Under the pieces are notes generated by a model. That model ran no database searches, was not told where the DNA came from, and saw only the letters and a program-made list of their open reading frames with translations. Both the position numbers and the translations under genes were made by a program. From a virus, in the IMG/VR virus record IMGVR_UViG_3300045988_053496: 38,933 nucleotides of DNA, one strand, 5' to 3'. Positions 1 through 6,977 of the stretch are shown in pieces (position 1 is the first letter of the stretch; each line of letters opens with the position of its first letter).

Positions 1-85
1 CCCGATGATTCAGGCAGAAGAAGCCATCCGCGTGGCGCGGGGGCTGATCGGGACGGCGTACAGCGAGCTGGACTGCATCAACCTC
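1..85. repeat. Left copy of the 85-nt terminal direct repeat
   Basis: cccgatgattcaggcagaag...gcatcaacctc is identical to 38849-38933. Confidence 0.95.
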
Positions 86-742
86 ATCAAGAAGGTCATC
101 CGCACAGCACCGGGCGGCGACAAAAACTACACGACGGCGGGGACGAACGCCCTGTGGGACAGCGACAGCAAGAGCGGGAAATACCGCGACCTGACGTGGA
201 AGCAGGCGGGCATTTCCGGCGCGAAGCCGGGCATGCTGGCGTTTATGGGCGTGGGCACGGGCGACGTGAATCACACCGGGCTGGTGACGGAGCAGGGCAC
301 GGTCATCCACTCAAGCAAGAGCCGGGGCGGCGTGGTTGAAACCGCGCTGACGGCGAAGGCGGGGTGGAACGGGCTGGGAAAGCACAGGATGATTGAGGTG
401 AATGAAATGGAAAAGGAATTTGGCAACGCGACGGTATCGGTCACGTGCGGCTACCTGAACATCCGCGAGGGCGCAAGCACGGCGGCAAAGATCATCGCCA
501 AAGCCGCAAACGGCGCGCGGGTGAACATCATCCGCGAGGCGGGCGGCACAGGCTGGGTCTTCGGCGTGCTGGCAAGTGGCGAGGCCGGGTACATGTCCAG
601 CGAGTATCTGGTCGAGGATGCGCCGCCGGAAAGTGGAGATCAGGGCGAGACAGGCGGCGAAGCGCCGACCACGACAACCCTGCGCAGGAGCGACGGCGTG
701 TATATCACGCTGGGCGGCGCGTGGGCGCTTGCGGAGGATTGA
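5..742 (+). CDS. Endolysin: NlpC/P60-type cysteine peptidase with a C-terminal SH3-like cell-wall-binding domain
   Basis: N-terminal YSELDCINLIKKV (catalytic Cys context) and NHTGLV...IHSS His motifs. C-terminal GYLNIREGASTAAKII...GWVFGV..GYMSSEYL matches bacterial SH3. Sits next to the holin. Confidence 0.8.
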   Translation: MIQAEEAIRVARGLIGTAYSELDCINLIKKVIRTAPGGDKNYTTAGTNALWDSDSKSGKYRDLTWKQAGISGAKPGMLAFMGVGTGDVNHTGLVTEQGTVIHSSKSRGGVVETALTAKAGWNGLGKHRMIEVNEMEKEFGNATVSVTCGYLNIREGASTAAKIIAKAANGARVNIIREAGGTGWVFGVLASGEAGYMSSEYLVEDAPPESGDQGETGGEAPTTTTLRRSDGVYITLGGAWALAED

Positions 743-745
743 CCG

Positions 746-1180
746 ATGACTCTACAAATGCTGCTGGACGGCTTACGAGCGGCTGTCACGACGCACAGCA
801 CGCTGACGCTCGTGCTGGTGTATATCACGCTCAACCTGATCGAGATTTCACCAATCAAGGTGCAGCCGCTTTCGTGGGTCTTTCGCGGCCTGCGAAAGGC
901 GCTTGTCGGCTCACTCGAAGAACGCATGAGCAGGATCGAAGCAAAAAATGATCTCGAATTTGCTAAAATCTCCCGCGCCAGAATCCAGCGGTTTGCCGAC
1001 GAGTGCTATAATAGCGTCAAACACAGCAAGGAGCACTTCGAACAAATCTTTGACGACGTGAAATCATATGAAACGTATTGCAAAGCACACCCGGAATTTG
1101 AAAATCACAAGACGGTAGAGGCCGTCGAAATCATCAAAAACGCTTATCACAAGTGTTTGCAAGAGCGTAAATTTTTGTGA
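746..1180 (+). CDS. Lysis-cassette membrane protein, function unknown (one N-terminal TM helix, helical C-terminus)
   Basis: Hydrophobic LTLVLVYITLNLIEI segment. Lies between endolysin and holin and starts 4 nt after the endolysin stop. Confidence 0.5.
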   Translation: MTLQMLLDGLRAAVTTHSTLTLVLVYITLNLIEISPIKVQPLSWVFRGLRKALVGSLEERMSRIEAKNDLEFAKISRARIQRFADECYNSVKHSKEHFEQIFDDVKSYETYCKAHPEFENHKTVEAVEIIKNAYHKCLQERKFL

Positions 1181-1216
1181 CGTTGCCCGGTAAAGACCGG
1201 GCAGAAAGGGAACAAC

Positions 1217-1471
1217 ATGAAAATTAACTGGCTGGTTCGTTTCAAAAACAAAACTTTCCTCGCGTCTTTCCTGGCGCTCATCATCGCCTTTGCCTACAAC
1301 ATGCTTTCCCTCTTCGGCGTAACGCCTTCCGTGCAGCAGGACGCGCTTTTGACTGCCGTCAACGCGATCCTGACGGTGCTGGGCATGATCGGCGTGATCG
1401 CCGACCCGACGACCAAGGGCATCAGCGACAGCGCGCAGGCGATGACCTACGACAAGCCCAAGGAGGGATAA
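1217..1471 (+). CDS. Holin, phiLC3 family
   Basis: MKINWLVRFKNKTF... followed by two TM helices and IADPTTKGISDS, the signature of phiLC3/LL-H type holins. RBS gaaagggaac. Confidence 0.85.
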   Translation: MKINWLVRFKNKTFLASFLALIIAFAYNMLSLFGVTPSVQQDALLTAVNAILTVLGMIGVIADPTTKGISDSAQAMTYDKPKEG

Positions 1472-1486
1472 AGGAGGCGGTTTCTC

Positions 1487-1714
1487 GTGCGCCTTGATTT
1501 TGACAGGCGCACTAAAGAGGAGATCGCCCGCCGCTGCGGCTTTGACGTTCACGTCCGTCTGGGGCGGGTCTTTGACCTGCTCTGGCGCGGTTACAGCATC
1601 GTGCAGATCAGCATGACGCTTGGCATGTCTCCGGCGACCGTCAGCCGTAGCATTCGCGAAATTAAAAGACGAATGTCTGCATCTATATATACGGATGATA
1701 ACACCCCGGCCTGA
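1487..1714 (+). CDS. Small HTH DNA-binding protein (LuxR / sigma-70 region-4-like)
   Basis: GYSIVQISMTLGMSPATVSRSIREIKRRM helix-turn-helix. GTG start with RBS aaggaggcgg. Confidence 0.6.
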   Translation: MRLDFDRRTKEEIARRCGFDVHVRLGRVFDLLWRGYSIVQISMTLGMSPATVSRSIREIKRRMSASIYTDDNTPA

Positions 1715-1732
1715 TGGCCGGGGCTTTTTTAT
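1704..1732 (+). terminator. Rho-independent terminator ending the late/lysis operon
   Basis: ccccggcc-tgat-ggccgggg followed by ctttttt. Confidence 0.85.
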
Positions 1733-1764
1733 TTGAAAAAACATAAAAATATTTTATAAAATGC

Positions 1765-1793
1765 TTGACAAGTAAATTAAAACAGTTTATAAT
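1765..1793 (+). promoter_or_regulatory. Consensus sigma-70-type promoter driving the accessory cassette
   Basis: TTGACA (1765-1770), a 17-nt spacer, then TATAAT (1788-1793), about 45 nt upstream of the ATG at 1838. Confidence 0.75.
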
Positions 1794-1837
1794 ATAGCCA
1801 TAAGAACAAGGAAACAACGTGATCGGAGGAAACAAAA

Positions 1838-2134
1838 ATGAAGTACAATAAGAAGGTTATCATGCAGCGCGCTTGGATCATGGTCAAGCGCTTCGGCTTA
1901 AGCCTGAGCGTTGCGCTCAAGGGCGCGTGGGCGCTGGCCAAGGCGCTGATCGCTGCTGAAAAAGAAGGCAAGGAAAGCGGCTGGAACTTCAAGGTCGTTT
2001 GCAACGACTGGGTGAAGGGAAGCCACAATCGCACCTACGTTTCCGCGCGCATCTACACCAACGCGTGGAACCGCAAGCGCGATCTTGAGATCGGCTACAT
2101 CGACAACATGACCGGCGCACTCGTCGCCGCGTAA
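1838..2134 (+). CDS. Hypothetical protein (accessory cassette gene 1)
   Basis: ORF with RBS ggagga. No motif recognised. Confidence 0.6.
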   Translation: MKYNKKVIMQRAWIMVKRFGLSLSVALKGAWALAKALIAAEKEGKESGWNFKVVCNDWVKGSHNRTYVSARIYTNAWNRKRDLEIGYIDNMTGALVAA

Positions 2135-2147
2135 AGAAAGGAGAAAA

Positions 2148-2501
2148 ATGAAATATTACATTGAATGTACCGTAAGCAAAAAAGACTCGTTGACTGGTAG
2201 AACGATTGAAACTGACGTTGACCTCTCCCTGCCATATCTGGTGGATGTCGAACCGTCTCAGATGAATGACGATTGGGCGAAAGCCCGCCTTATCAGCGAG
2301 TATTGGGCAGATTTTGACCCCGCAACGCCCGCCCCGCGTATGTGGTGGGAAACCGACAGCGGAAAAGACGAAAACAACGATTATTATACAATGATCATAT
2401 ATACGGCTACTGATGACGGCGAGCCGGATTTTGATAACATGGTTGCGGGCGCATCTATGGACGCTTGTGAAATTTGGAAGGAGAAAAAGCATGAACATTA
2501 A
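2148..2501 (+). CDS. Hypothetical acidic protein (accessory cassette gene 2)
   Basis: ORF with RBS aaaggagaaaa. Overlaps the next gene by 11 nt, which suggests translational coupling. Confidence 0.6.
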   Translation: MKYYIECTVSKKDSLTGRTIETDVDLSLPYLVDVEPSQMNDDWAKARLISEYWADFDPATPAPRMWWETDSGKDENNDYYTMIIYTATDDGEPDFDNMVAGASMDACEIWKEKKHEH

Positions 2502-2985
2502 ACAGCTGCGCGTCTTGCGCGGATTGAAACAGAAAGAGCTGGCAGATAAGATGGGTATATCCGCCCAGCAGCTTAACAACTATGAGGGTGGGCAGAGCAA
2601 CCCCGGAAACAAGATTCTGCCCGCACTGGCGGACGCGCTGGGCGTTTCGACAGCCTACCTTCGGGGCGACGCCCAGTGGCTGGCCGTCTATGACTGGCAG
2701 ACCGGGCGCACGGAGGCGCTGCCCATCATGGCCGAGACGGTGATCGACGATTACGGCATTTTTTACCTCGTCGAGCACCCAGAAATCGGAGTGATGGCGG
2801 TGATCCAGTCCGAGGGCGTGCAGTTTACCCTTGTGGACTGGACAGCAGATCAACCGCTGACCGTCGATGCAATCAGCGGGAAGCAATGGGCTGACAGCCG
2901 AGGCGAGGATGCGGTCATGTACAAGGGACTGCCGCGCATCCTCGTTGGCGGCGAATTCGGAAGCAAGAAAAGCCGTATCATCTGA
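2491..2985 (+). CDS. XRE-family HTH protein with a C-terminal domain of unknown function
   Basis: MNIKQLRVLRGLKQKELADKMGISAQQLNNYEGG is a typical HTH_3. The internal ATG at 2491 has RBS ggaaggaga. The upstream part of ORF 2413 is the 3' end of the previous gene read in another frame. Confidence 0.8.
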   Translation: MNIKQLRVLRGLKQKELADKMGISAQQLNNYEGGQSNPGNKILPALADALGVSTAYLRGDAQWLAVYDWQTGRTEALPIMAETVIDDYGIFYLVEHPEIGVMAVIQSEGVQFTLVDWTADQPLTVDAISGKQWADSRGEDAVMYKGLPRILVGGEFGSKKSRII

Positions 2986-3001
2986 AAAGGGAGAGAAAAA
3001 T

Positions 3002-3283
3002 ATGAAAATCAAAATTTACAAGTCTTACGGTGTTCTGGCGCATGAATACCAGCCGGTTTATACGTGGGCATGCCCGCAGAGCGATATCTATGATGAGATC
3101 ATCGTGGAGATACCGAACGTTGACGGAGAGAATTGCTACGGTCAACCGCTCGTCAATTTTGGCGACGGGGTTGTTTATCCGCTCCCGATGGTGCTTGGCA
3201 ACTGGGGCGATGAGCCAGCGCTTATCTGGTATGACGGCGCGGTACAGCGCCACAAAATTTTGAAAGCGTATACAAAACTATAA
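3002..3283 (+). CDS. Hypothetical protein (accessory cassette gene 4)
   Basis: ATG at 3002 after RBS aaaagggagag. The upstream part of ORF 2867 is judged non-coding. Confidence 0.55.
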   Translation: MKIKIYKSYGVLAHEYQPVYTWACPQSDIYDEIIVEIPNVDGENCYGQPLVNFGDGVVYPLPMVLGNWGDEPALIWYDGAVQRHKILKAYTKL

Positions 3284-3463
3284 GATATCCCCGGCCAGAA
3301 AGCTACTCTCGAGCCGCCAACTACCGCAAGGCCAGCGCAGGAAGAAAAGCCGTCGAGCGCATCCTTGACGGTGAGGAATGGGAAAAGGCTGTCAGCGACA
3401 TGGAGACTGAGTGGCACGAGGCGGCGCTCGAACACATGTGAGACAAAAACCCGATATAAATCT

Positions 3464-3497
3464 GACGTGCATCTGATAGGTGCACGTCCTTTTTTTA
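3464..3497 (+). terminator. Rho-independent terminator
   Basis: gacgtgca-tctgatagg-tgcacgtc followed by cttttttt. Confidence 0.75.
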
Positions 3498-3530
3498 TGC
3501 CAAAATGGGAGTAGAAGCAGGTGAGAGAGC

Positions 3531-3902
3531 GTGTTTGTTCCATTTAATCCAAACCCTTTTCGTTCTCGCGTGGGTGACTGCGCGGTTAGAGCGGTAAGCA
3601 AAGCGACGGGGCAGACGTGGGAAAGTGTATTCGTTGCGCTTTGCCTTGATGGTTTCTGTGCAGGGGATATGCCGAACGCAAATCACGTCTGGGGCGCGTA
3701 TCTTCGGCGAAAAGGCTTCAAGCGTCACAGCATCCCGGAGACGTGCCCAGACTGCTACACGGTTTCGGATTTCTGCCGAGACTTTCCGCGCGGCGTTTAT
3801 GTTTTGGCGACAAATGGACACGTTCTCGCGGTCGTGGACGGTGATTGGTATGACACATGGGACAGCGGCGGCGAAACGCCCATTTACTACTGGGAGGGAT
3901 GA
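3531..3902 (+). CDS. Papain-fold-like (Cys/His) small protein, function unknown
   Basis: N-terminal RVGDCAVRAV (Cys at a helix start) and distal NGHVLAVVDG..YDTWDS give a C...H...D arrangement like C39 or NlpC/P60-type peptidases. GTG start. Confidence 0.45.
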   Translation: MFVPFNPNPFRSRVGDCAVRAVSKATGQTWESVFVALCLDGFCAGDMPNANHVWGAYLRRKGFKRHSIPETCPDCYTVSDFCRDFPRGVYVLATNGHVLAVVDGDWYDTWDSGGETPIYYWEG

Positions 3903-3905
3903 TTT

Positions 3906-4352
3906 ATGGCCTATCCGATGCAAGGCTGGCAGCAGCCATACGGCGGTTATTACCCACCTATGCAAGACCAGCTCGCGCAACTCAGATCACAACCATACAT
4001 GCCGCAGCAGCCAGCACAGCAATCGCCAGCTCAAAATAGCGGCGGAATCATCTGGGTTCAGGGTGAAGCGGCGGCGAAAAGCTACCCGGTCAGCCCCGGA
4101 AGCGGCGTTCTGCTGATGGACAGCGAATCCTTGACGTTTTACCTCAAATCTGCGGACGCAAGCGGGATGCCGTCAATGCGAATCTTTGACTACACCGAAA
4201 GGACAACGCCGAGACAGGCCGAGCCTCCTGTACAAGCAGCCGATTATGTGACCCGCGACGACTTCAACGCGCTCGTGGCGCGGGTCGATGCACTGGCAAA
4301 AAAGCCGAACAGAAAAAAGGAGGATGCAGTCGATGAGCAACCCGCTGTTTAA
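3906..4352 (+). CDS. Hypothetical protein with a Pro/Gln/Tyr-rich N-terminus
   Basis: RBS gggaggg. MAYPMQGWQQPYGGYYPPMQ... low-complexity head, then a globular segment IIWVQGEAAAKSYPV. Confidence 0.6.
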   Translation: MAYPMQGWQQPYGGYYPPMQDQLAQLRSQPYMPQQPAQQSPAQNSGGIIWVQGEAAAKSYPVSPGSGVLLMDSESLTFYLKSADASGMPSMRIFDYTERTTPRQAEPPVQAADYVTRDDFNALVARVDALAKKPNRKKEDAVDEQPAV

Positions 4353-4563
4353 TGCGATGCAGGGCATGTCTGGAAATCTTCCCGGACAGATGGGACAGTT
4401 TCAGCGAATGGCGCAGGAGTTCAAGCGGTTCAAAGCTGAGTTTAGAGGCGATCCGCAGCAAGAGGTTCAGCACCTGCTCAACAGCGGAAAGATGACGCAG
4501 CAGCAGTTTAACCAGCTCTACGGCATCGCCCACCAGTTCCAAAGCATTTTTGAAGGCCTCTAA
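4333..4563 (+). CDS. Hypothetical small Gln-rich protein
   Basis: ATG at 4333 lies 9 nt after aaaaaggagg. Overlaps the previous gene's 3' end. Confidence 0.55.
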   Translation: MSNPLFNAMQGMSGNLPGQMGQFQRMAQEFKRFKAEFRGDPQQEVQHLLNSGKMTQQQFNQLYGIAHQFQSIFEGL

Positions 4564-4614
4564 CGGCTAAATCCGTGCGCACGGTTAGCGATAAAAACGA
4601 AAGGACGTGTGGAA

Positions 4615-5430
4615 ATGTCTTTGACTACTTCGGAAATGACCCCCGCCGATATTGCGGCGGTAACTGGCGGAAATCGCAACAACGGCGGCATGTTTGGAGA
4701 CGGGAACGGCGCATGGTGGATCATCGTTCTGTTCCTCTTCATGTTCTGCGGCTGGGACGGTATGGGCTGGGGCGGCGGCTTCGGCAACAACGGCGCAAAT
4801 TCTCCGGGCTTCCAAGGCTACGCGACCCGCGCGGACATCAACGAAGGCTTTGCCATCAACGGCATTGACAACGGCATCCGTGCCATCCAGAACGGGCTTT
4901 GTGACAGCACCTACGCCATCACCAACGCCGTCAATAGCGGTTTCAGCGCGGCGGAGCTTTCCCGCGCGAACCAGCAGGCGGCGCTCATGCAGCAGCTCTT
5001 CGCGATGCAGATGCAGCAGGCGAACTGCTGCTGTGAGACGCGCGAAGCGATTCAGAACGTGAATTATAACCTCGCTACTCAGGCTTGCGACACGCGCAAC
5101 CAGATGCAGCAGGGCTTCTGCGCCGTCCAGAACACGCTTAACAACAACACCCGCGACGTGATTGACAATCAGAACGCCAACAGCCGCGCGATTCTCGACT
5201 TCTTGACGCAGGACAAGATCGCGACGTTGCAGGCGGAAAACACCGATCTTCGCCGCGCCGCGTCGCAGGATCGCCAGTCGGCGCTGCTCACCACGGAGAT
5301 GGGAGCGCAGACGGCGCAGATCATCAACGCGCTGCGTCAGCCTGTCGCCGTTCCTGCGTATCAGGTGCCGAACCCCTACACGGGCGGTTACGGTTACGGC
5401 TGCGCTGCAAACGCCGGTTGTAGCTGCTAA
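4615..5430 (+). CDS. Membrane-anchored Gly/Gln/Asn/Cys-rich protein, function unknown
   Basis: One TM helix (WWIIVLFLFMFCGW) inside a Gly-rich segment (GGGFGNNG). A long Q/N-rich helical region carries a CCC motif. C-terminal GGYGYGCAANAGCSC. Confidence 0.6.
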   Translation: MSLTTSEMTPADIAAVTGGNRNNGGMFGDGNGAWWIIVLFLFMFCGWDGMGWGGGFGNNGANSPGFQGYATRADINEGFAINGIDNGIRAIQNGLCDSTYAITNAVNSGFSAAELSRANQQAALMQQLFAMQMQQANCCCETREAIQNVNYNLATQACDTRNQMQQGFCAVQNTLNNNTRDVIDNQNANSRAILDFLTQDKIATLQAENTDLRRAASQDRQSALLTTEMGAQTAQIINALRQPVAVPAYQVPNPYTGGYGYGCAANAGCSC

Positions 5431-5496
5431 AATCGCATAAGAGATGCAACTGTTCGGCGTGACCGAGCTGTTCAGCCCTGAGCTGATTCTGCAACG

Positions 5497-5528
5497 ACGG
5501 CGGGGCGAATGTGTCCCGCCGTTTCTTA
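5497..5528 (+). terminator. Rho-independent terminator
   Basis: acggcggg-gcgaatgtgt-cccgccgt followed by ttctt. Confidence 0.7.
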
Positions 5529-5544
5529 TGAAAGGAGATAATCT

Positions 5545-5967
5545 ATGGCTGAGTATACCAACGCCAGCACGGCACTTGTCGCGGCTGGCCAGAATCTACC
5601 GCTAACCGAAACGCCGATTTGTGGCTCTCCGTGTATCGTCCATCGAGAGGGCGCGGGAATCGTAACCCTTCGCGGTATGACAAACCAGTGCCGAGCGCGG
5701 TACTTTGTGGACTTCGCCGGGAACATCGCCATCCCGACGGGCGGAACGGTTGAAGCGATCTCCGTTGCGCTGACGATAAACGGCGAGACGCTGAATAGCG
5801 CCGTCGCTATCGTCACCCCTGCGGCGGTCGAGAACTATTTTAATGTTTCCGTCTCTGCGTTTGTCGATGTGCCGCGTGGATGCTGCGTAACCGTCGCGCT
5901 GAAAAATACCAGTGCGCAAGCGATTGACGTTGCCAACGCAAACCTGATCGTCACGCGGCAGGCGTGA
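5545..5967 (+). CDS. Small beta-sandwich protein resembling BclA C-terminal / C1q-TNF-like domains
   Basis: Alternating beta-strand pattern YFVDFAGNIAIPTGG..ISVALTINGE...VTPAA..NYFNVSVSAFVDVP..CCVTVALKN.S...I.V.NANLIVTR recalled from exosporium BclA-C-like proteins. RBS gaaaggag. Confidence 0.4.
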   Translation: MAEYTNASTALVAAGQNLPLTETPICGSPCIVHREGAGIVTLRGMTNQCRARYFVDFAGNIAIPTGGTVEAISVALTINGETLNSAVAIVTPAAVENYFNVSVSAFVDVPRGCCVTVALKNTSAQAIDVANANLIVTRQA

Positions 5968-5981
5968 GAAAGGAGCAAAAA

Positions 5982-6350
5982 ATGAGCATGAAAGCGATGC
6001 GCGACTTGCGCGATATGCTTTGCGATGAGCTGGACAAAATCGCCGCCAAGCGCGATATGAACCCCGGCGACCTCGAAACCGTCCACAAGCTGACCGACAC
6101 CATCAAAAATATTGACAAAATCGAAATCCTTGAGGACGAAGGGTACAGCAACAGCGCGGAGTGGCGCGCTGACGTGCGCGGAAGCTATGGACGCAACGAC
6201 AGACGCGGCGAGCATTATGTGCGCGGGCATTACAGCCGCGACGACGGGCGCGAAAGCATGATGCGCAAGATGGAAGAGATCATGCGCGATGCAACCGGCG
6301 AACAGCGCGAAATCATCCGCCGCGCGATGGACGAGCTGCGCAACGCCTGA
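5982..6350 (+). CDS. Hypothetical charged helical protein
   Basis: ATG at 5982 after gaaaggagc. Arg/Asp/Glu-rich. Confidence 0.55.
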   Translation: MSMKAMRDLRDMLCDELDKIAAKRDMNPGDLETVHKLTDTIKNIDKIEILEDEGYSNSAEWRADVRGSYGRNDRRGEHYVRGHYSRDDGRESMMRKMEEIMRDATGEQREIIRRAMDELRNA

Positions 6351-6366
6351 CGGGCGGTGAGAGGCA

Positions 6367-6687
6367 TTGATCGACCTTAAAGAGATCGACGAAACCATCA
6401 CCAAGATCAAGCGCGAAGGGACGAGCGTGAAAGACGCTGAACGTCTGGCGGTGCTGTACGGCCTTCGGGCGCACATGGCGAGCGAATCTGTGCAGGATGT
6501 GAGGGAAGCGCCCATTTCGGCGTACTCGATGGCAGCAGAGCCGGAAAGCGAGTTCCGCGCTGCGTGTGCAGGCTTGTCATCTGCTGAGCTCATCGATGCG
6601 CTGGAAGATACGATTCAGGGCTTGCAGATCGTCGCACCGAAGGCGTACGCGGCGGCAATCCGAAAGCTAAAAACGCGCAAAGCATGA
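6367..6687 (+). CDS. Hypothetical protein (TTG start)
   Basis: Only an in-frame TTG is available near ggtgagagg. Composition looks coding. Confidence 0.5.
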   Translation: MIDLKEIDETITKIKREGTSVKDAERLAVLYGLRAHMASESVQDVREAPISAYSMAAEPESEFRAACAGLSSAELIDALEDTIQGLQIVAPKAYAAAIRKLKTRKA

Positions 6688-6692
6688 AGAAC

Positions 6693-6720
6693 GAGGTCGG
6701 GGTAAATCCTCGGCCTCTTT
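6693..6720 (+). terminator. Putative terminator hairpin at the end of the accessory block
   Basis: gaggtcgggg-taaat-cctcggcctc (includes G-U pairs) followed by ttt. The T tract is short. Confidence 0.45.
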
Positions 6721-6721
6721 G

Positions 6722-6964
6722 CGTGTGAATTATCGTGTGAAATGATTTTGAAAATGATTGCACTCTTGCGGGAAAGGAATACACGAAACGAGCAGAATTT
6801 TACACGAGAAAAACCAGAGCACAAAAGAAAAAATCCAGAAACCTTTGTGGCTTCTGGATTTCACACGTGGTGCCGGTGGCGGGGGTCGAACCCGACGAAT
6901 CAGCATAAAAAATCAAAGAATACAATGATTTTTGATTTAACGTGTGAATTTTCGTGTGAAATGA
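6722..6964. other. attP region: tRNA-3'-end-like core flanked by integrase arm-type repeats
   Basis: The 24-nt unit cgtgtgaatt(a/t)tcgtgtgaaatga occurs at 6722-6745 and 6941-6964. An inverted copy, atttcacacg, lies at 6858-6867 directly beside the core. The region is immediately downstream of int. Confidence 0.7.
6868..6895 (-). other. tRNA 3'-end-like segment (half T stem, T loop, acceptor 3' strand, ACCA): candidate attP core
   Basis: The minus strand reads tcgggttcgacccccgccaccggcacca. No matching 5' half of a tRNA is present. Confidence 0.65.
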
Positions 6965-6977
6965 GGCTCGAAAACGG

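Noticed and set aside
3235-3441. Protein-like open frame (...RAANYRKASAGRKAVERILDGEEWEKAVSDMETEWHEAALEHM) downstream of 3002..3283
   Set aside because: It has no ATG, GTG or TTG before codon 56 of the frame, and no convincing slippery site links it to the upstream gene. It may be a gene remnant, but it cannot be supported as a CDS.
6840-6935. A complete tRNA gene next to the integrase
   Set aside because: Only the 3' portion (part of the T stem, the T loop, an acceptor strand and CCA) is present on the minus strand. The sequence that should form the 5' acceptor, D and anticodon arms is AT-rich and non-complementary. It is interpreted as the attP core.
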